This document shows, in pieces, positions 49,920-62,932 of a stretch of DNA of 64,000 nt (position 1 is the stretch's first letter; each line of letters opens with the position of its first letter). This stretch comes from Carcharhinus longimanus. Its lineage: Eukaryota. The stretch is taken from positions 69,513,404 to 69,577,403 of the forward strand of contig JASCQW010000109.1 of assembly GCA_030264375.1 (NCBI GenBank), given 5' to 3'. The translations under genes were made by a program, and so were the position numbers. The notes beneath the pieces were generated by a model. The model saw only the letters and a program-made list of their open reading frames with translations, was not told the origin of the DNA and made no database searches.

Positions 49920-52270
49920 GGGTGGCACGTTCTATATTAATGACTTAGATGAATGGGCTGAAGGCACCTAAGTGGATTGATCATATAAATATAGGTAAGC
50001 ATATAATTTGTCAAGAGGACATGAATATTCTGTAAAGGGATTTAAACAGGTTAAGCGAGTGGACAAAATATTTACAAGATGGAGTTTAATGCGGGAAAAT
50101 GTAAAGTTGCCTACTTTGGCAGTCGAAAAAGAAAATCATTGTATTATTTGAATTGAGATGGACTGACTCATCATGCATTATAAGGTCCCAAAGTCGGTTG
50201 TCTGGTTTGCTTTGGAAGGTGTTATTCGAAAAAACATAAGCTGATGATTGTCTTTGAAGAAATGACTAAGACACAAAATCAAAATGTTTCTTCTGATTTC
50301 CCAGCGGAGGACACGAATGTTATCCCAATTGTAACAGAAAAGGCAAAGTTTCTAGAAAGGGAGGAACTAAGAACAATCATCGTCAGAAGGGAAACATTAC
50401 TGAGGAAACAATTGGCACTGAAGGCAGGCAATCTCCTAGGGTCTGGTGGCCTACATACTAGCGTCTTAAAGGGAATTCCGTTTGAGATAGTGGATCCATT
50501 GGTTACCATATTCCAAAATTCCCTGGGTGCCGGAATGTATTTGATGAATTTAAAAAAATGCTAATATAATACCCTTATTAAAAAACTGAGTGAGGTAAAA
50601 ATACAGGAAAATATAGGCCAATTAAGTTAACATCTGTTGTCAGGAAATAATTAGAATCAATTTTGAAGTAAATAATAACAGGGTATTTGCAAACTCAAGA
50701 TGCAATCTGTCAGAATCAACATGGCTTTATGAAGATTGAGTCACACTTGACTAATTTGCTTGAGATCTTCAAAGATTCAACAAGCAAGGAGGATAATGGT
50801 GATTCTGTAGATGTAGTATATCTGGAATTTCAGAAGGCATTTGATAAGGAGTCACAGAAAAGACTAATACACAATGTTAGCTCACATGGGATTAGGAGTA
50901 ATTTATTTGTTTGCTTAGAGGGCTGGCTAACCGAGAGAAAACAGAGTCACGCGAAATTAGTCTTTCTTAGGTTGCCAAGATGTATCTAGTGGGTTTGGTC
51001 CTTGGACCTAATTAGTTATAATCTATATTAATGACTTGGATGCAAGGACAGTAGTTAACAAAGCCAGATTTGCAGATGATTCGAAAATAAAGGGGATAGT
51101 AAGTTGCAATAATGAAGCAAGAAAATTAAAATATGGATAGGTTAAGTTAATGGACACAATTAGGCAGATGGAATTCAACTTGGACATGAGTAAAGTTATT
51201 CGTTTGGTAGGAAAAGTACAAAGGCAAATTAATATCTAAATAGGGAGAAACTTCAGAATGTGTCAGTGCAGAGGGATCTGGGTGTCCTTCTGCATGGATC
51301 ACAGAAAACTAGTATGCAGGTACAGCAAATAATAAGAAAGGCAAGTGGAATATTGCCGTTTATTGCTAAAAGAATAGAACAGAAAAGGAACGGGGTGTTG
51401 CTGCTACTGTACAAAGCATTAGTCAGACCGCGTTTCGAATATTGCTCTGTTTCTTGTCGCTCAGCCAATTTTGATTCTATGTTGCCGCTGACCCTTTTAA
51501 TCCACGAGCTATAACTTTGCTCACAGGTCTATTTTGCGGCACGTTACTGATTTGTATTTACGTAGTCGAGGGACCTACATGATATATTTGTTGTATGTAT
51601 ACAGAACATTTCTTAAATGGGGAAAGGCTGGGGCAAGTTCATGTTCAAAACGACTTGGGCTTCCGCTTCATAAGTGACTGAAAGCTAGCATGCATATTCA
51701 GTAAGCAAGTCAGAGGACGAATTGTATGCTCGCTTTTAATTTCAAGAGGATTTGAACACAGGGGTAAGAAAGCTGCTCTGAATTTGTGCAGATGCTGGTG
51801 AGACTAAAATTTGTGTATTGTGCAGCTTTGGTCTCCTTACATAGAGAAGAACAATCTGGCCGTAACGGATGTGCAAAAATGTTTCAGCCTCGCGCCCTTC
51901 CCGGACTGCTGACCGGTAACATCGCGAGAAACCGGGTGTGAACCTTGTTTTTCGCCTCTCTCGTGATCTCACCAGCTCTCCACGCCTAGCGACGAGCGTG
52001 ATGAGCCGGGAAGAACATGCAGCCTATATTCTACAGAGTGTAGAAGAACGGGAAACGAACCCATTGAAGGGCAAAACATTTTCACAGGGCTGAGCAGGAT
52101 AGATGAATGAAAGATGCTTTCCCACGGTAAAGGGGTCCGGAGCAATGGACCAGAGTTTCAGAGTAAGAGGCCATTTAAGATCTCAAGAAAGAGTAATTTC
52201 TTCTGGTGATGAATATTTGGCATTCCCTACCTCCCAGAACAGTGAAGGCTCAGTCATTGATTAATGTTCA
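49920..52270 (+). mobile_element. Cluster of CR1 LINE ORF2 fragments
   Basis: QHGFMK..SHLTNLLE, DVVYLEFQKAFDK, FADDSK, QRDLGV, LYKALVRPRFEYC. Confidence 0.85.
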
Positions 52271-53084
52271 TAGCAGTGGTCGATCCATTTCCAAATGCAA
52301 ATCACATGAAGGACACTTCCACGACATTGTGTGACGCAAAGTCCCTCCCAATTTTTGGTTGCACCATTTTTAATTTTGCAACAACCCCATGCAAATAAGA
52401 GTTTTATTCGGGAAGCTCCAGCATAATCAAATTGGTGAATCAGTTTCGACCCAATGAAATAGTGGTGCGTGGGGTGCCAGTGAAACAAGATGTTTTGCCT
52501 GCTTGATGTCGAGCTTCATGAACGTTGTTGAAGCTGCACTCATCCAGGCAGTTGGAAATTATTCCATCTTACTTCTGACTTGAGCCGTGTAGATGATGGA
52601 CGGGTTTTGGTGTGACAACAGACAATTCAGAATAAAGCTATTTACCTAAAAATGTGTGAGAATGTGGAACTCATTACCATAGGGAGTGGTTCAAGAGAAT
52701 AGCATGGGTGTCGTTAAGGGAAAGACAGACAAGCAATTAAGAGAATCCTCTATAAGTAAGCACATTAAGGCTACATCATGAAATGTAACATTATTTTTAT
52801 TCACTTAAAAGGCATGCAAAACTGCATGCCATTAGTGAGGAGTTATTTTCCTCATTATTGTCAACAAATGAGAGAAAGTACTTACCGGAAATTAAACAGC
52901 CAACTGGCTCGAAAAAGTAATTTGCACTGCTGATGTCAGAGGTACATACTGGTCGTGTAATAATGAAAAATGTGTCTGTCATAAAAAGATTAGCTCAAAT
53001 CATCAGTGGAAGTAAAATAGCGCTTTGTGCAAATTATTATTTTTTTTTGCGTAGATGCACCAACACTAGAGGGTGAATATGCAC

Positions 53085-53384
53085 CATAGAACCGTATAGT
53101 GCAGACGGAGGTCATTCAGCCTATCGAGTCTGCACTGACCACAATCCCATCCAGCCCAACCCACATTTACCCTAGCTAGACCCCCTAAAACTAAGGGGCA
53201 ATTTAACATAGCCAATCCATCTAACTCGCACATCTTTGGACGGTGGGAGAAAACCCAAGAGTCCAGAGAAAGCCCCGCAGACACGAGGAGAATGTGCAAA
53301 CTCCACACAAACAGTGACCCAAGTCGGATGTCGAACCCTGGTCGCTGATGCTGTGAGGCAGCAGTGCTAACCACTGAGCCATCC
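53085..53384 (-). mobile_element. Full-length V-SINE / HE1-like SINE
   Basis: Minus-strand head GGCTCAGTGGTTAGCACTGCTGCCTCACAGC...CAGGGTTCGACATCCG (A/B boxes), V core, CR1-like tail. Confidence 0.88.
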
Positions 53385-53497
53385 ATCATGTTTTTTTTAC
53401 ACCATGGGCCGAAGGTTCTAGTCAAATTCGCAGTAAGTTACAGCTGGAAACAACAGAGCTAAGTTCATAAATTAGAAAACATTATGGCATGTACAAT

Positions 53498-53670
53498 TAA
53501 AGTTGCACAACGGTAAATCACAAAACCAGCTTTTCCGGTGTTCGGTAGAGGCACTATTGCTTTAGGATTGTTTTCTGTTATTATTGGCTGAGTCTTTTTG
53601 TGTCGCTGTCTACCAATGAGATGCAGAAATGTAGCTGGAGATACTGCACCACCTCTCCTACACCATCGAA
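53498..53670 (+). promoter_or_regulatory. cPcdh promoter P7 with canonical CSE
   Basis: GTTGCACAAC 53502, TCCGGTGTTCGGTAGAGGCACT, ATTGG 53583, CGCT 53604, CCAAT 53613. Confidence 0.85.
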
Positions 53671-53919
53671 GTATCGAAGACACGAACAGGAGTCCTCAAT
53701 CTATCGTCTCAATTTATCACTGAGGGATGCGCCGCGAAATTTAAGTTATTTGTACAAATATTCTGGGTGATTTTGCTTAAGGAAGTCCGCTGGACGGCAC
53801 ACGCTGAACGTCATCATCCATTTAGAAAACCAGAGAAATTAACATAATGGAACATAGCAAAGGCCGAACAATGCCTCGGAGAACCCGGCAGATGGATTTG
53901 CGGAACATTTATTTAAAAG

Positions 53920-56346
53920 ATGGACTACACGCTAATCTGCTGTCTGTCACACTGGTGCGTCATTTGTTTAATACTGGTATGCATAATACATTCAGTTTGT
54001 GGAACAATTCGCTATTCAATTCGTGAAGAATTAGAGCTCCGCTCCGTTGTTGGAAACATTGCAAAGGACTTGGGGTTAGATGTGAACCAGCTTTCATTGC
54101 ATCGGTATGGGAGTACAAGCGGCAATATCTAGACGTCAATTTAAACCCTAGAATGTTGTTCATAAAAGAAACAGTGGACAGGGAACTGATTTGCGAACAA
54201 AGCCTCGGTTGTGCGCTGGTGTTGGAGGCTGTGGTGTAAAATCTATTAAACATATATTGAGTGGAAATTGAGATTCTCGACATAAATGACAATGAACCTT
54301 TCTTCCAGAAAAATGAGTTTCACTTTCAGATCTTCGAGTATGCCTCTGCGGGATCGCGCTTCCAACTGCAGAGCGCGCAGGATCCAGATGCTGTAACCAA
54401 TGGAGCCCGGACCTATCAACTGAGAGAAAATCAGCACTTTAGTTTAGAACTAAAATCTAGTAAGAAACACGCTGTCACCCCAGAATTAGTACTTCAAAAG
54501 CCTCTTGACCACGAGCAGCAGCCAACTCATCAGCTGACACTGACTGCAACTGATGGTGGGTCCCCTGAAAAATCCAGAACCGCCCATATTATTATCAAAG
54601 TATCTGGTGTGAACGATTTCGAACAGACCGTGTATGAGATCACCACGACGGAAAATGTACCCAAAGATTCACTGATAGCGAAAGTAAGTGCCAATGATGC
54701 TGATGACGGTTTGAATGGTGACATCAACTATTCTGTCAGTGATCGAACCCCCGAAAAGTTGAGGCATCTGTTCCGTGTGAATTCGCAAACCGGAGAAATC
54801 AGTGTGAACGGTATTGTGGACTTTGAAGCGATAAAGGATTACGAGATTTCAGTGCAAGCTATGAATAGAAGTCCACATGCTGTGCCAGCATACTGCATCG
54901 CCCTGGTAAAGATCTTGGATGTTAATGATAACATTCCTGAAATTATCTGACTTCAAATTCATGCCCGATTCCAGAGGATGCACCTTTCAAAATGTCAGTC
55001 GCATTTTTAAAGATAACAGATCAGGATTCTGAAGAAAGGGGGAATGCTTACTGTTGTAACTCACAAAATATTCCCTTCAGCCTTGAGAAATCTTTGAATA
55101 ATTACTACGCTTGCTGGGCATCTAGATCCTGAAAAAGTGCCTCAGTACAAGATTACAATCACCTGTCCTGAGGGGGTGCATCTCCGCTAACCAATCACAA
55201 AACCATCTCTCTTGATGTTTCAGATGTAAATGACAACCCGTCCCGCTTTGCGAAGACTTCGTTTGTCATGGATGTAACCGAGAATAACCGAATCGGTGCT
55301 TCTATCGGTTCCGTGTCCGCCGTTGATGCAGATTTGAATGAGAATGCCAGTCTGTCTTATTCCTTTCTCGATGGCCTGATAAATGGCTTGCTTGCGCCTA
55401 ATTTCGCCTCAATCTGTTCTGCCACGGGTGTGATATTTGCTCGCCGCTTATTTGATTACGCACAACTGAAACGTTTTCAGCTTTCTGTGCAAGTAACGGA
55501 TGGTGGATCTCTTTGCTCAGCAACAACGCAACAGTGAGTGTGATCGTCGTAGATCAGAATAATAATGCCCCTGTGATCATATCGCCTTTGGCAAATAGAG
55601 GTTCTCAAGCAGAGTAGACAATACATAGATCCGCTGATCCTGATTACTCAGTTGCTAAAATCACTGCCACTGATGCCGATTCTGGGCAGAACGCACATCT
55701 TTTCTATTAGTTACTGCAACCAACAGATGGAAGCCTGTTTACCGTATCCTCGGAGATTGGGGAAATCTGGACTACCCGGCATTTTGGATTCAAAGATTTA
55801 CCTAAAGAGAAACCCTTAATCTTGGTCAGGGACAGCGGAAAAAACAAACTTTTTTCAACAGTTATCATCAACTTATCCATGTCAAAGAGTAATACGGAGC
55901 ATACACCAAATGTCGGACTTTTGGGGAATTCAGAATCGTGGGCGTCGGACGTAAGACACTATCTGATTATATTTTTGGCTGATTTCGTTGATTTTCCTAA
56001 TCACTATTATAACTCTTGCCATTAAGATTCACAAAGGCAGAGATGGAATGCATGACCGCAGTTATCCCTGGCCCATTTTGCCACAGAAGGATGGACGGCA
56101 TAGAATTCAGAAGCCTGGTGTGAACATTCAGTCAACACCACATTTTACAGGGGTTTACGAAAGTGGCATGCTCCCGCAAAGGGTTCAGTACGAATTGTGT
56201 CCAGATCCAAGCATAAGTGATTTTATGCTTCTAAAATTGCATGGCCTGTTGCATCAATGATTAATATCAAAACCGGGTCGTGTATGTCGCAAGGAAATGA
56301 ACAAATACTGAATTATGCAATTAACAGCAGTGTGGCATCTGCTGAG
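53920..56346 (+). pseudogene. pcdh: Clustered protocadherin variable-exon pseudogene V7 (full length, more divergent paralog)
   Basis: GTIRYSIREELELRSVVGNIAKDLGLD, EIEILDINDNEP, LTATDGG, etc.; frameshift ~54110, TAA 54237, TGA 54258, further frameshifts ~54950, ~55510, ~55980; donor position reads GAG|TTAAGT. Confidence 0.92.
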
Positions 56347-57059
56347 TTAAGTCGCCCTTCATATGTTTCGGAATACATGATCGTGTGTAAACTCGTAACT
56401 CACACTGCCAGTACTGATATCGCATTGGAATAAACTAGCTGGTATTGTTACGCCAAGACAGCAAAGTAAAGCCAGAATCTGCAGAATTAAATCCGTTTCT
56501 AACATTCTATCAGGGAATGCAAGCTAAATGTTAAGAACCCACGGTGTAATTGTATTTTTCTCCTGTCCCTCTGGTTGTTTTGCCTCTCTTTCACTTTCCA
56601 AACGTGCTGCCAGACTGGCGGGTATTTTCACAAAATGTTGCCTTTGTTTTAGAATCCAACGCCCATTGTATTCTGCCTTTCTAAATAACCAAGCAGTGGT
56701 AGCAAATGGCGTGGGTAAATGTTTCTACTTGAGAAACGTGATTCAATTATCTTCTTTAAGCATCTGTCTGTTTCTAGCAACTGTGAAACTGAAAGCGTTC
56801 AACTCCATAGCTTGTTAAAAGATACTGATGGCTGTATTTTGACATTTTTTCTCGAGAGCAATTAGGGATAGACAATAAATGTTGACCTAGCCAGCGACTT
56901 CCGATTCCAGAAACTGATGATTTTAAATGTTGGGAAAGTAACGTTTAGGTAGGTTACATAACTGATTTAACAAAACATGCAGAGAGTCCGAGGTCAGTTA
57001 ATCCAGCTTGAGAAGTGGTAGATTTACATTACTGTAAGTAAAGATCAGCCACTGTCGAT

Positions 57060-57750
57060 AAAAACAACACATATTAACATCACGTCCACAGATCCCTGAA
57101 GGTGGCATGGCAGGTAGACAATGTGGTTCGGCAGTATATGGGATACTTGCCCTTATTAGCCTAGGCGTAGAATACAAAAGCAGGAGACCATGCTGAAAAT
57201 GTATAAAAGGCTTTTAGGCCATAGTGGGGTACTGTTTATGTTCTGGTCACCACAAAAGAGAATGATGTGATGTACTGGAAAGGATGCATGGCTGTTTTAC
57301 CAGGATGCTCCTGGGCTGGAAGGTCTAATCTATGAGGAGTAGTTGCGTAGGCTGGGGCTATTTTCCTTGAATTAGCAAACATTGAGGCGGTCGTGATAGA
57401 TATGTAGGTTTGTGAGGCGCATAATTAGATGGGTAAGAAAGCAGATTTTTCCATTAATACAGAGACGATAGCTAGCCAAGTGGTTATAAGGTAAATGTAG
57501 AAGGCTAAAAGTTCAGTTGAGGAGATAAGTTTTCACCCAGAAAGTGGTGGCAGTCTGAAATTCACTGCCAGAAATAATGATTGAGCCTGTAACTCTCATA
57601 ACATTTTAGAAGTATTTAGATAATCGCTTGCATTTTCATAACTTCCTGAGGTATGAGCTAAACGCTGCAAAATGGAATATAGTCAGATTTTCGCAGACCA
57701 CCGTGACCACGATGGGCTGAATGGCCTCCTTCTGTGCTTTAAACGTCTAT
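57060..57750 (+). mobile_element. Degraded CR1 LINE 3' portion
   Basis: GTCCACAGATCCCTGAAGGTGGCA...TTTTCACCCAGAAAGTGGTGG...GATGGGCTGAATGGCCTCCTTCTGTGCT. Confidence 0.8.
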
Positions 57751-58269
57751 CTTTGAATAACAACGGGTCCGACATTAAACAAGAGCCTACGTTTGTCACC
57801 GTGTTCCATTGGGAAAGCCTGTTCCTTGATTTTCCGATATTTGAAACAAAATGAACAAGTTGAGTCAGAACGTTACACTCAAAAACTAATTAGAACATAA
57901 TTAAAATATTCCTGTAATTAACTCTCGGGATACAAATATTGCCAGCAACCCCAGCATTTGTTGTCAATTGCTACTTGGGAAGGTAATGCGGAACCGTCTA
58001 CTTGAAAGGCTGCAATTGCTTTGGTGGAGGTGTGCCTGCGGTTCTGCTAGATACGAGTTCCAAAAATTATTATTGCAATGAAACTACAGTCAGAGCTAAG
58101 TTTTATGCCAAGCTGACTGAACCAACGTGCTTACCCACTAAAATACTGAACATAAACCCTAGGTCTGGATGTTGGTGATTGTACATCTGCCGGACACCTG
58201 GGTGGCTGGAAGTTTTACATCTGTGACGTTTGATGATGAGCTTACTACTTTGCTTGCCGTTGTTAATTG

Positions 58270-59860
58270 ACTCACAGGATGATGAAGGACAGAATAAGAC
58301 CATTCAGCCCCTCATATCAAGGTTAGCTGTCTGGAAGAGCTAATCGCTTGGTGCCAAACCTTACATTTTCCTGTAGTCCTGCAATTCCTTTCGCTTTTTT
58401 TCGAATTACCTCTCGGACAACACAACCACATTGCATTCCAAACGTATATTGATATCGCCTTTGTTTTTCTTGCGAATAACCATAACGCGATGTCTTCTGC
58501 TCTCGATAATTTTGCCAGGGGAAAGAATTTCTCCTCAGATATTTTGTCGCGGGCGTTCGTGATTTTGAAAAGTGATCTCATACCTCTTAATATTCTCCAC
58601 TCCGTTGAGAACGTCTCCAGCTTCTCCTATCAGCCTGGGCAGTTGAAGTTTCTTATCCTGGAATACTTCGCATGATTCTTTTCTTCTAATGCTTTCGCAT
58701 CCTTCCTAAAGTGTGGTCCGCAGAAGTGGACATAATTGCCAGTTGAAGGCAAACCTGACTTTTGCACAAGTTTTCAGAACTTCCTTGCAGTTATGCTCTA
58801 TGCCAATATTTATAAAGCCCGTGGTCCTGTGAGCTTCATTAACTGACTTTATCACAGTCAGTCATTGGGCATGCATAGTTCTGGGTTTCTCCGCTACCAT
58901 TTAGAAATGCATACTTTATCCTATATTTCCTTTCCTTGTTTTTCTATCAAAATTAACCGTTTCACATTTTCCTGCATTAAGTTGCGCCTGACATTAGTCC
59001 ATAAATTCGACAAGCCTGTTCAAGCCCTCTTGAAATATATCACGATCACTTTAACAGTTCGTAATACGAGGTTTTGTGCTACTGAAATATTTTCAAATAT
59101 TCCTTGAACACAGAATTCAAGGCCAGGAGTATAGATTTTTTTAACAAGTTGTCCCTACACCGTCACCAGAGAACCCCACTTTAGGCATTTCTCAATTGAA
59201 AAAATAACTAACATCGCTAATTTGTTACCTGCTATTCAGCAATCTATAACGCATGCTGGTACTGTGAGGGCTTTAACTTTGCTGCCAATATAGTTATGGG
59301 ACACTTTATCAACTGCCTTTTGTAAAACTCTACATCAACTGCATAACCCCATTCAGTCTTTCTGTTACCTTATCAAACAAAACCTTAAGAAAGTTCATTG
59401 CATGCGATTCCATATCATCAACAAATCCATGCAGGCTTATTAATCCACAACTGACCAAATAACTGATAATTTTGCTCCAAATTATCGTTTCTAAAATCAT
59501 TCCCACTACCCAGTTAAAACTAAATCGCCAGCAGTTTCTAGGTTTATCCCTCACACACCTTTTGAAAAGAAGGTGATTTTTTTGTTAATTCTACAGCCTT
59601 CTGACGCCATTCATTTACCTTGGATTCTGGTCATTGCTCCATAACGTCCAGGCTTACATGCTTCAGTATTATTGGATGCATCTCACCCGACTCTAGTGGC
59701 TTTATGAACTTTTAACATATCTAACCAATCTAATATTTCCTCCTCAAAAAAATTGATGAATCCTATATCTCAACCTGAACCTTTTATTTTGCTGTGACTT
59801 GAGAGCGTTTTCCTTCCTTGGTTCAGTCATGTCTTTATTAGTATTCCATCCATACCCTTT
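58270..59860 (-). mobile_element. Degraded CR1 LINE
   Basis: Reverse-complement RT motifs (KPRNCWRFS..VVGMILETII, HGFVD); 3' end near 58280. Confidence 0.7.
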
Positions 59861-60226
59861 GCCTCACATTATGAACTGTTAGAGTGATCGTGATATATTT
59901 CAAGAGGGTTTGAACAGGCTTGTTGAATTAATGGACAAATGCCAGGTGCAATTTAATGCAGGAAAATGTGAAACGGTTAATTTTGATAGAAAAACAAGGA
60001 AAGGAAACATAGGATAAAGTATGCATTTCTCAATGGTAGCAGAGAAACCCAGAACTATGCATGCCCAATGAATGACTGTGATAAAGGCAGATAATGAAAC
60101 ACTAATTTTTATTCCCTATCTGACCCCATTCCCCGTTTACCACCTGGTTATTATTTATATTCCAAAGAAGATCTTTGGACTCCCTTTTATAACAGTTGCT
60201 AAAATCTTCTCAAATTTGTCTTTGCT

Positions 60227-60490
60227 TATAAGAACATAAGAACATAAGAAATAGGAGCAGGAGTAGGCCATCTGGCCCTTCGAGCCTGCCCCGCCATTCA
60301 ANNNNNNNNNNNNNNNNNNNNNNNNNNNNNNNNNNNNNNNNNNNNNNNNNNNNNNNNNNNNNNNNNNNNNNNNNNNNNNNNNNNNNNNNNNNNNNNNNNN
60401 NCAGCAAGACCTCCCTACTTTTATATTCAATCCCCTTCGCTATGAAGGCCAGCATCCCATTCGCCTTCCTGACCACCTACTGCACCTTTG
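60227..60490 (-). mobile_element. Young CR1 LINE 3' end spanning N gap 60302-60401
   Basis: Tail nearly identical to 12628-12702; peptide VRKANGMLAFIAKGIEYKSREVLL. Confidence 0.9.
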
Positions 60491-61082
60491 CTTATCATAT
60501 TTCACTCCTCAAATTCTCTGCGAAGGTTTTATATTTAGCGTGGCTCTCAGTTGTATTATCCTGCTGGCATCAGTCATTTGCTCGCTTTATTTGTGTTATT
60601 TCATTTCCTATCTCTGTCGTTTCCCAAAGAAAAACACTAAATTTGCTTGCCCTACTTTTCAGACTCTTTGTACTGAAGCCACACCTGAGCTGTCCCTTCT
60701 TCGATCCTACCATTACAGAGTTGTAGTCCAATCTCCTATTCTAATTTACTTGGGCTGGATCAAAACCAATGAAGTTTTCTTTTGATTTGATTTATTTATT
60801 CTTGTCACATATATTGGTATCGTTTCTTGTGCACAATACAGACACAGCATAACATTCATAGAGCACATAGGAGAGAATGACAGGAGAGTGTGCAGAATGT
60901 AGTGTTACAGACATAAAAGATAGAATTAGAGGGTACGCTGGGGACAGCTCATAAGAAGCCACCATTCTCCCTGCCATCTTGAAACTGGCCTTTTGCCAAT
61001 TACTCCTTCCAATTCTCAGTCGTTCCTTGTCATTTTATGTAGCTAACACAAATTATATGATACTAGAGAACTTCATTCAGTT

Positions 61083-61255
61083 GGTAAGAAGTTTCACAAT
61101 ACCAGGTTAGAGATTTATTTGGTAGCACGAGCTTTCAGCTGATGAAGGAGCAGCACTCTGAAAGCTCATGCTACAAAATAACTTTTGCACTTTAATCTGA
61201 TGTTGTGAGACTTCTTTCTGCACCCATCCCACTCCATCACCAGCATCTCCACATC
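61083..61255. mobile_element. Second copy of the palindromic Penelope-derived element
   Basis: GGTAAGAAGTTTCACAATACCAGGTT...CTGATGAAGGAGCAGCACTCTGAAAGCTC...GTTGTGAGACTTCTT...GCATCTCCACATC, homologous to 26558-26744. Confidence 0.75.
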
Positions 61256-62932
61256 TTGATTTGCTTGGCCCAGGACATTTCCCAGAATCTGGCCCTTCCT
61301 TCTTTACTGGGCCTGTAACATTCACTTGAATACAAATCACAGAATGTCCCTCTCTCTGCCCTTTACAGATTCCTATCCATGTCAATATTATGATTATTAA
61401 AGTTCGCCATTATGGTTGCACTCTACTTCTTGCACCTCTCTGTAATTGTCTTGAAAATTATTTCTGCTATGTCTTTACCACTAGATGTTGGCCTTTAGAA
61501 TTCACCCAGGAGTGTAATGACACCTTTTTTTCTGGGCTCTATCCAAATAGATTTCGTCCTTGAATTTACGAGGATATCTTCCCTCTCCAGCTCCGTAATG
61601 TTCTCCTTAATCAGGACAGCTATGTAACCTAATTTCTTTTGTTGCTACTTTGCTGAATGCTTAGTATCCAGGAACATTTAGTGCACAGTTCTGCCCTTCT
61701 TGAATCAAGCCTCCATTATCACCAGACCTCACAGACCCACGCAATTATCTGTGCCTGAAGGCCATCTTTATTTACCACAACCCAAACATTCAGGTTTATA
61801 TACAGTGAACCTAATGTCTAATTCATTTAATTCATTTTTACTGTGACTGAACATAAGATGCATTTATCATTCCAGTCCTACCTGCCTCTACCAATTTGCT
61901 GCGCACCTTGCGTTTCCTTGGTGCCATTTTGTGATTTCCACATATATGCCAATATAGTTTAAACATACACGATAGCACAGGCAATATCTCTTCTGAAGGG
62001 ATATTGCTTCTGGTTCAGTTGAGGTCTAGCACGAATCCCTCTGCAGGTCATTTATCCCCCAAGTACCTTTCCCAAGCTACCAAACATCGAAACTTGCCCT
62101 TATGCATTCCCCACACATTCATATGTTCCGCATTCCTATTTCTGCACAATCTAGGACATGCCATCACAGGCAATCTCGTATTTACTACCTTGAACACTCT
62201 GCTTGCTACTTTCTTTCCCAGTGTTATACCCTGCCTGCAAGACTACATTCATTGTTCAACCTTTGCCTGCTGCCTGACAACTCCAAGGATAATTTTCTTT
62301 TGAAGTGAGAGACTGGTATCCAGAGAATAAAATTTGCGGCAAGCTAGTAATTTCCTGCTTCCCTTAAAATAGATTTTCTTTATTCATCTGCAAATTGAAC
62401 AATAATTTTCTGAAAATCTTACATTTCAAATGATATTAGAAGTTACATGGGCAGGCAAAGAGATGGTTGGTCAATATATACCATCCAAGCATTGAATTTG
62501 TATGGTTTATAATTTGCCAGATTGGGGCAGTAACATAGAACATTTTTCATAGCGATTTATCAGAAAACTAAATTAATGAAGCAATTCGTGTCAGTAATAC
62601 AGGATTTTCTTAATTTAATAAATTTTGTAATTCATTGGTTTCCTAGTATGAGAAGCACTAGAACGAAAGACTGTCCTTATCCCAACAGTAAGAACCAGTA
62701 AACAAAGTTCGTTTTTAGGAAAAGAAAAACACCTTATTTTAATGGACAAATATGCCGCACTGATTAATAAAAAACATTCTCAGTCAATGAGCCTAAGTGC
62801 ATGGCTTGCACAATGACGTAAATTGGAATTTAAACAGTGAAGAGTTTGTGACATTTGGGAATGATAAGAAATTGAGAATAGCTGAAGAATTGTTAATTTA
62901 TGATAATGTTACCACATTGGGGACAGATGTCC

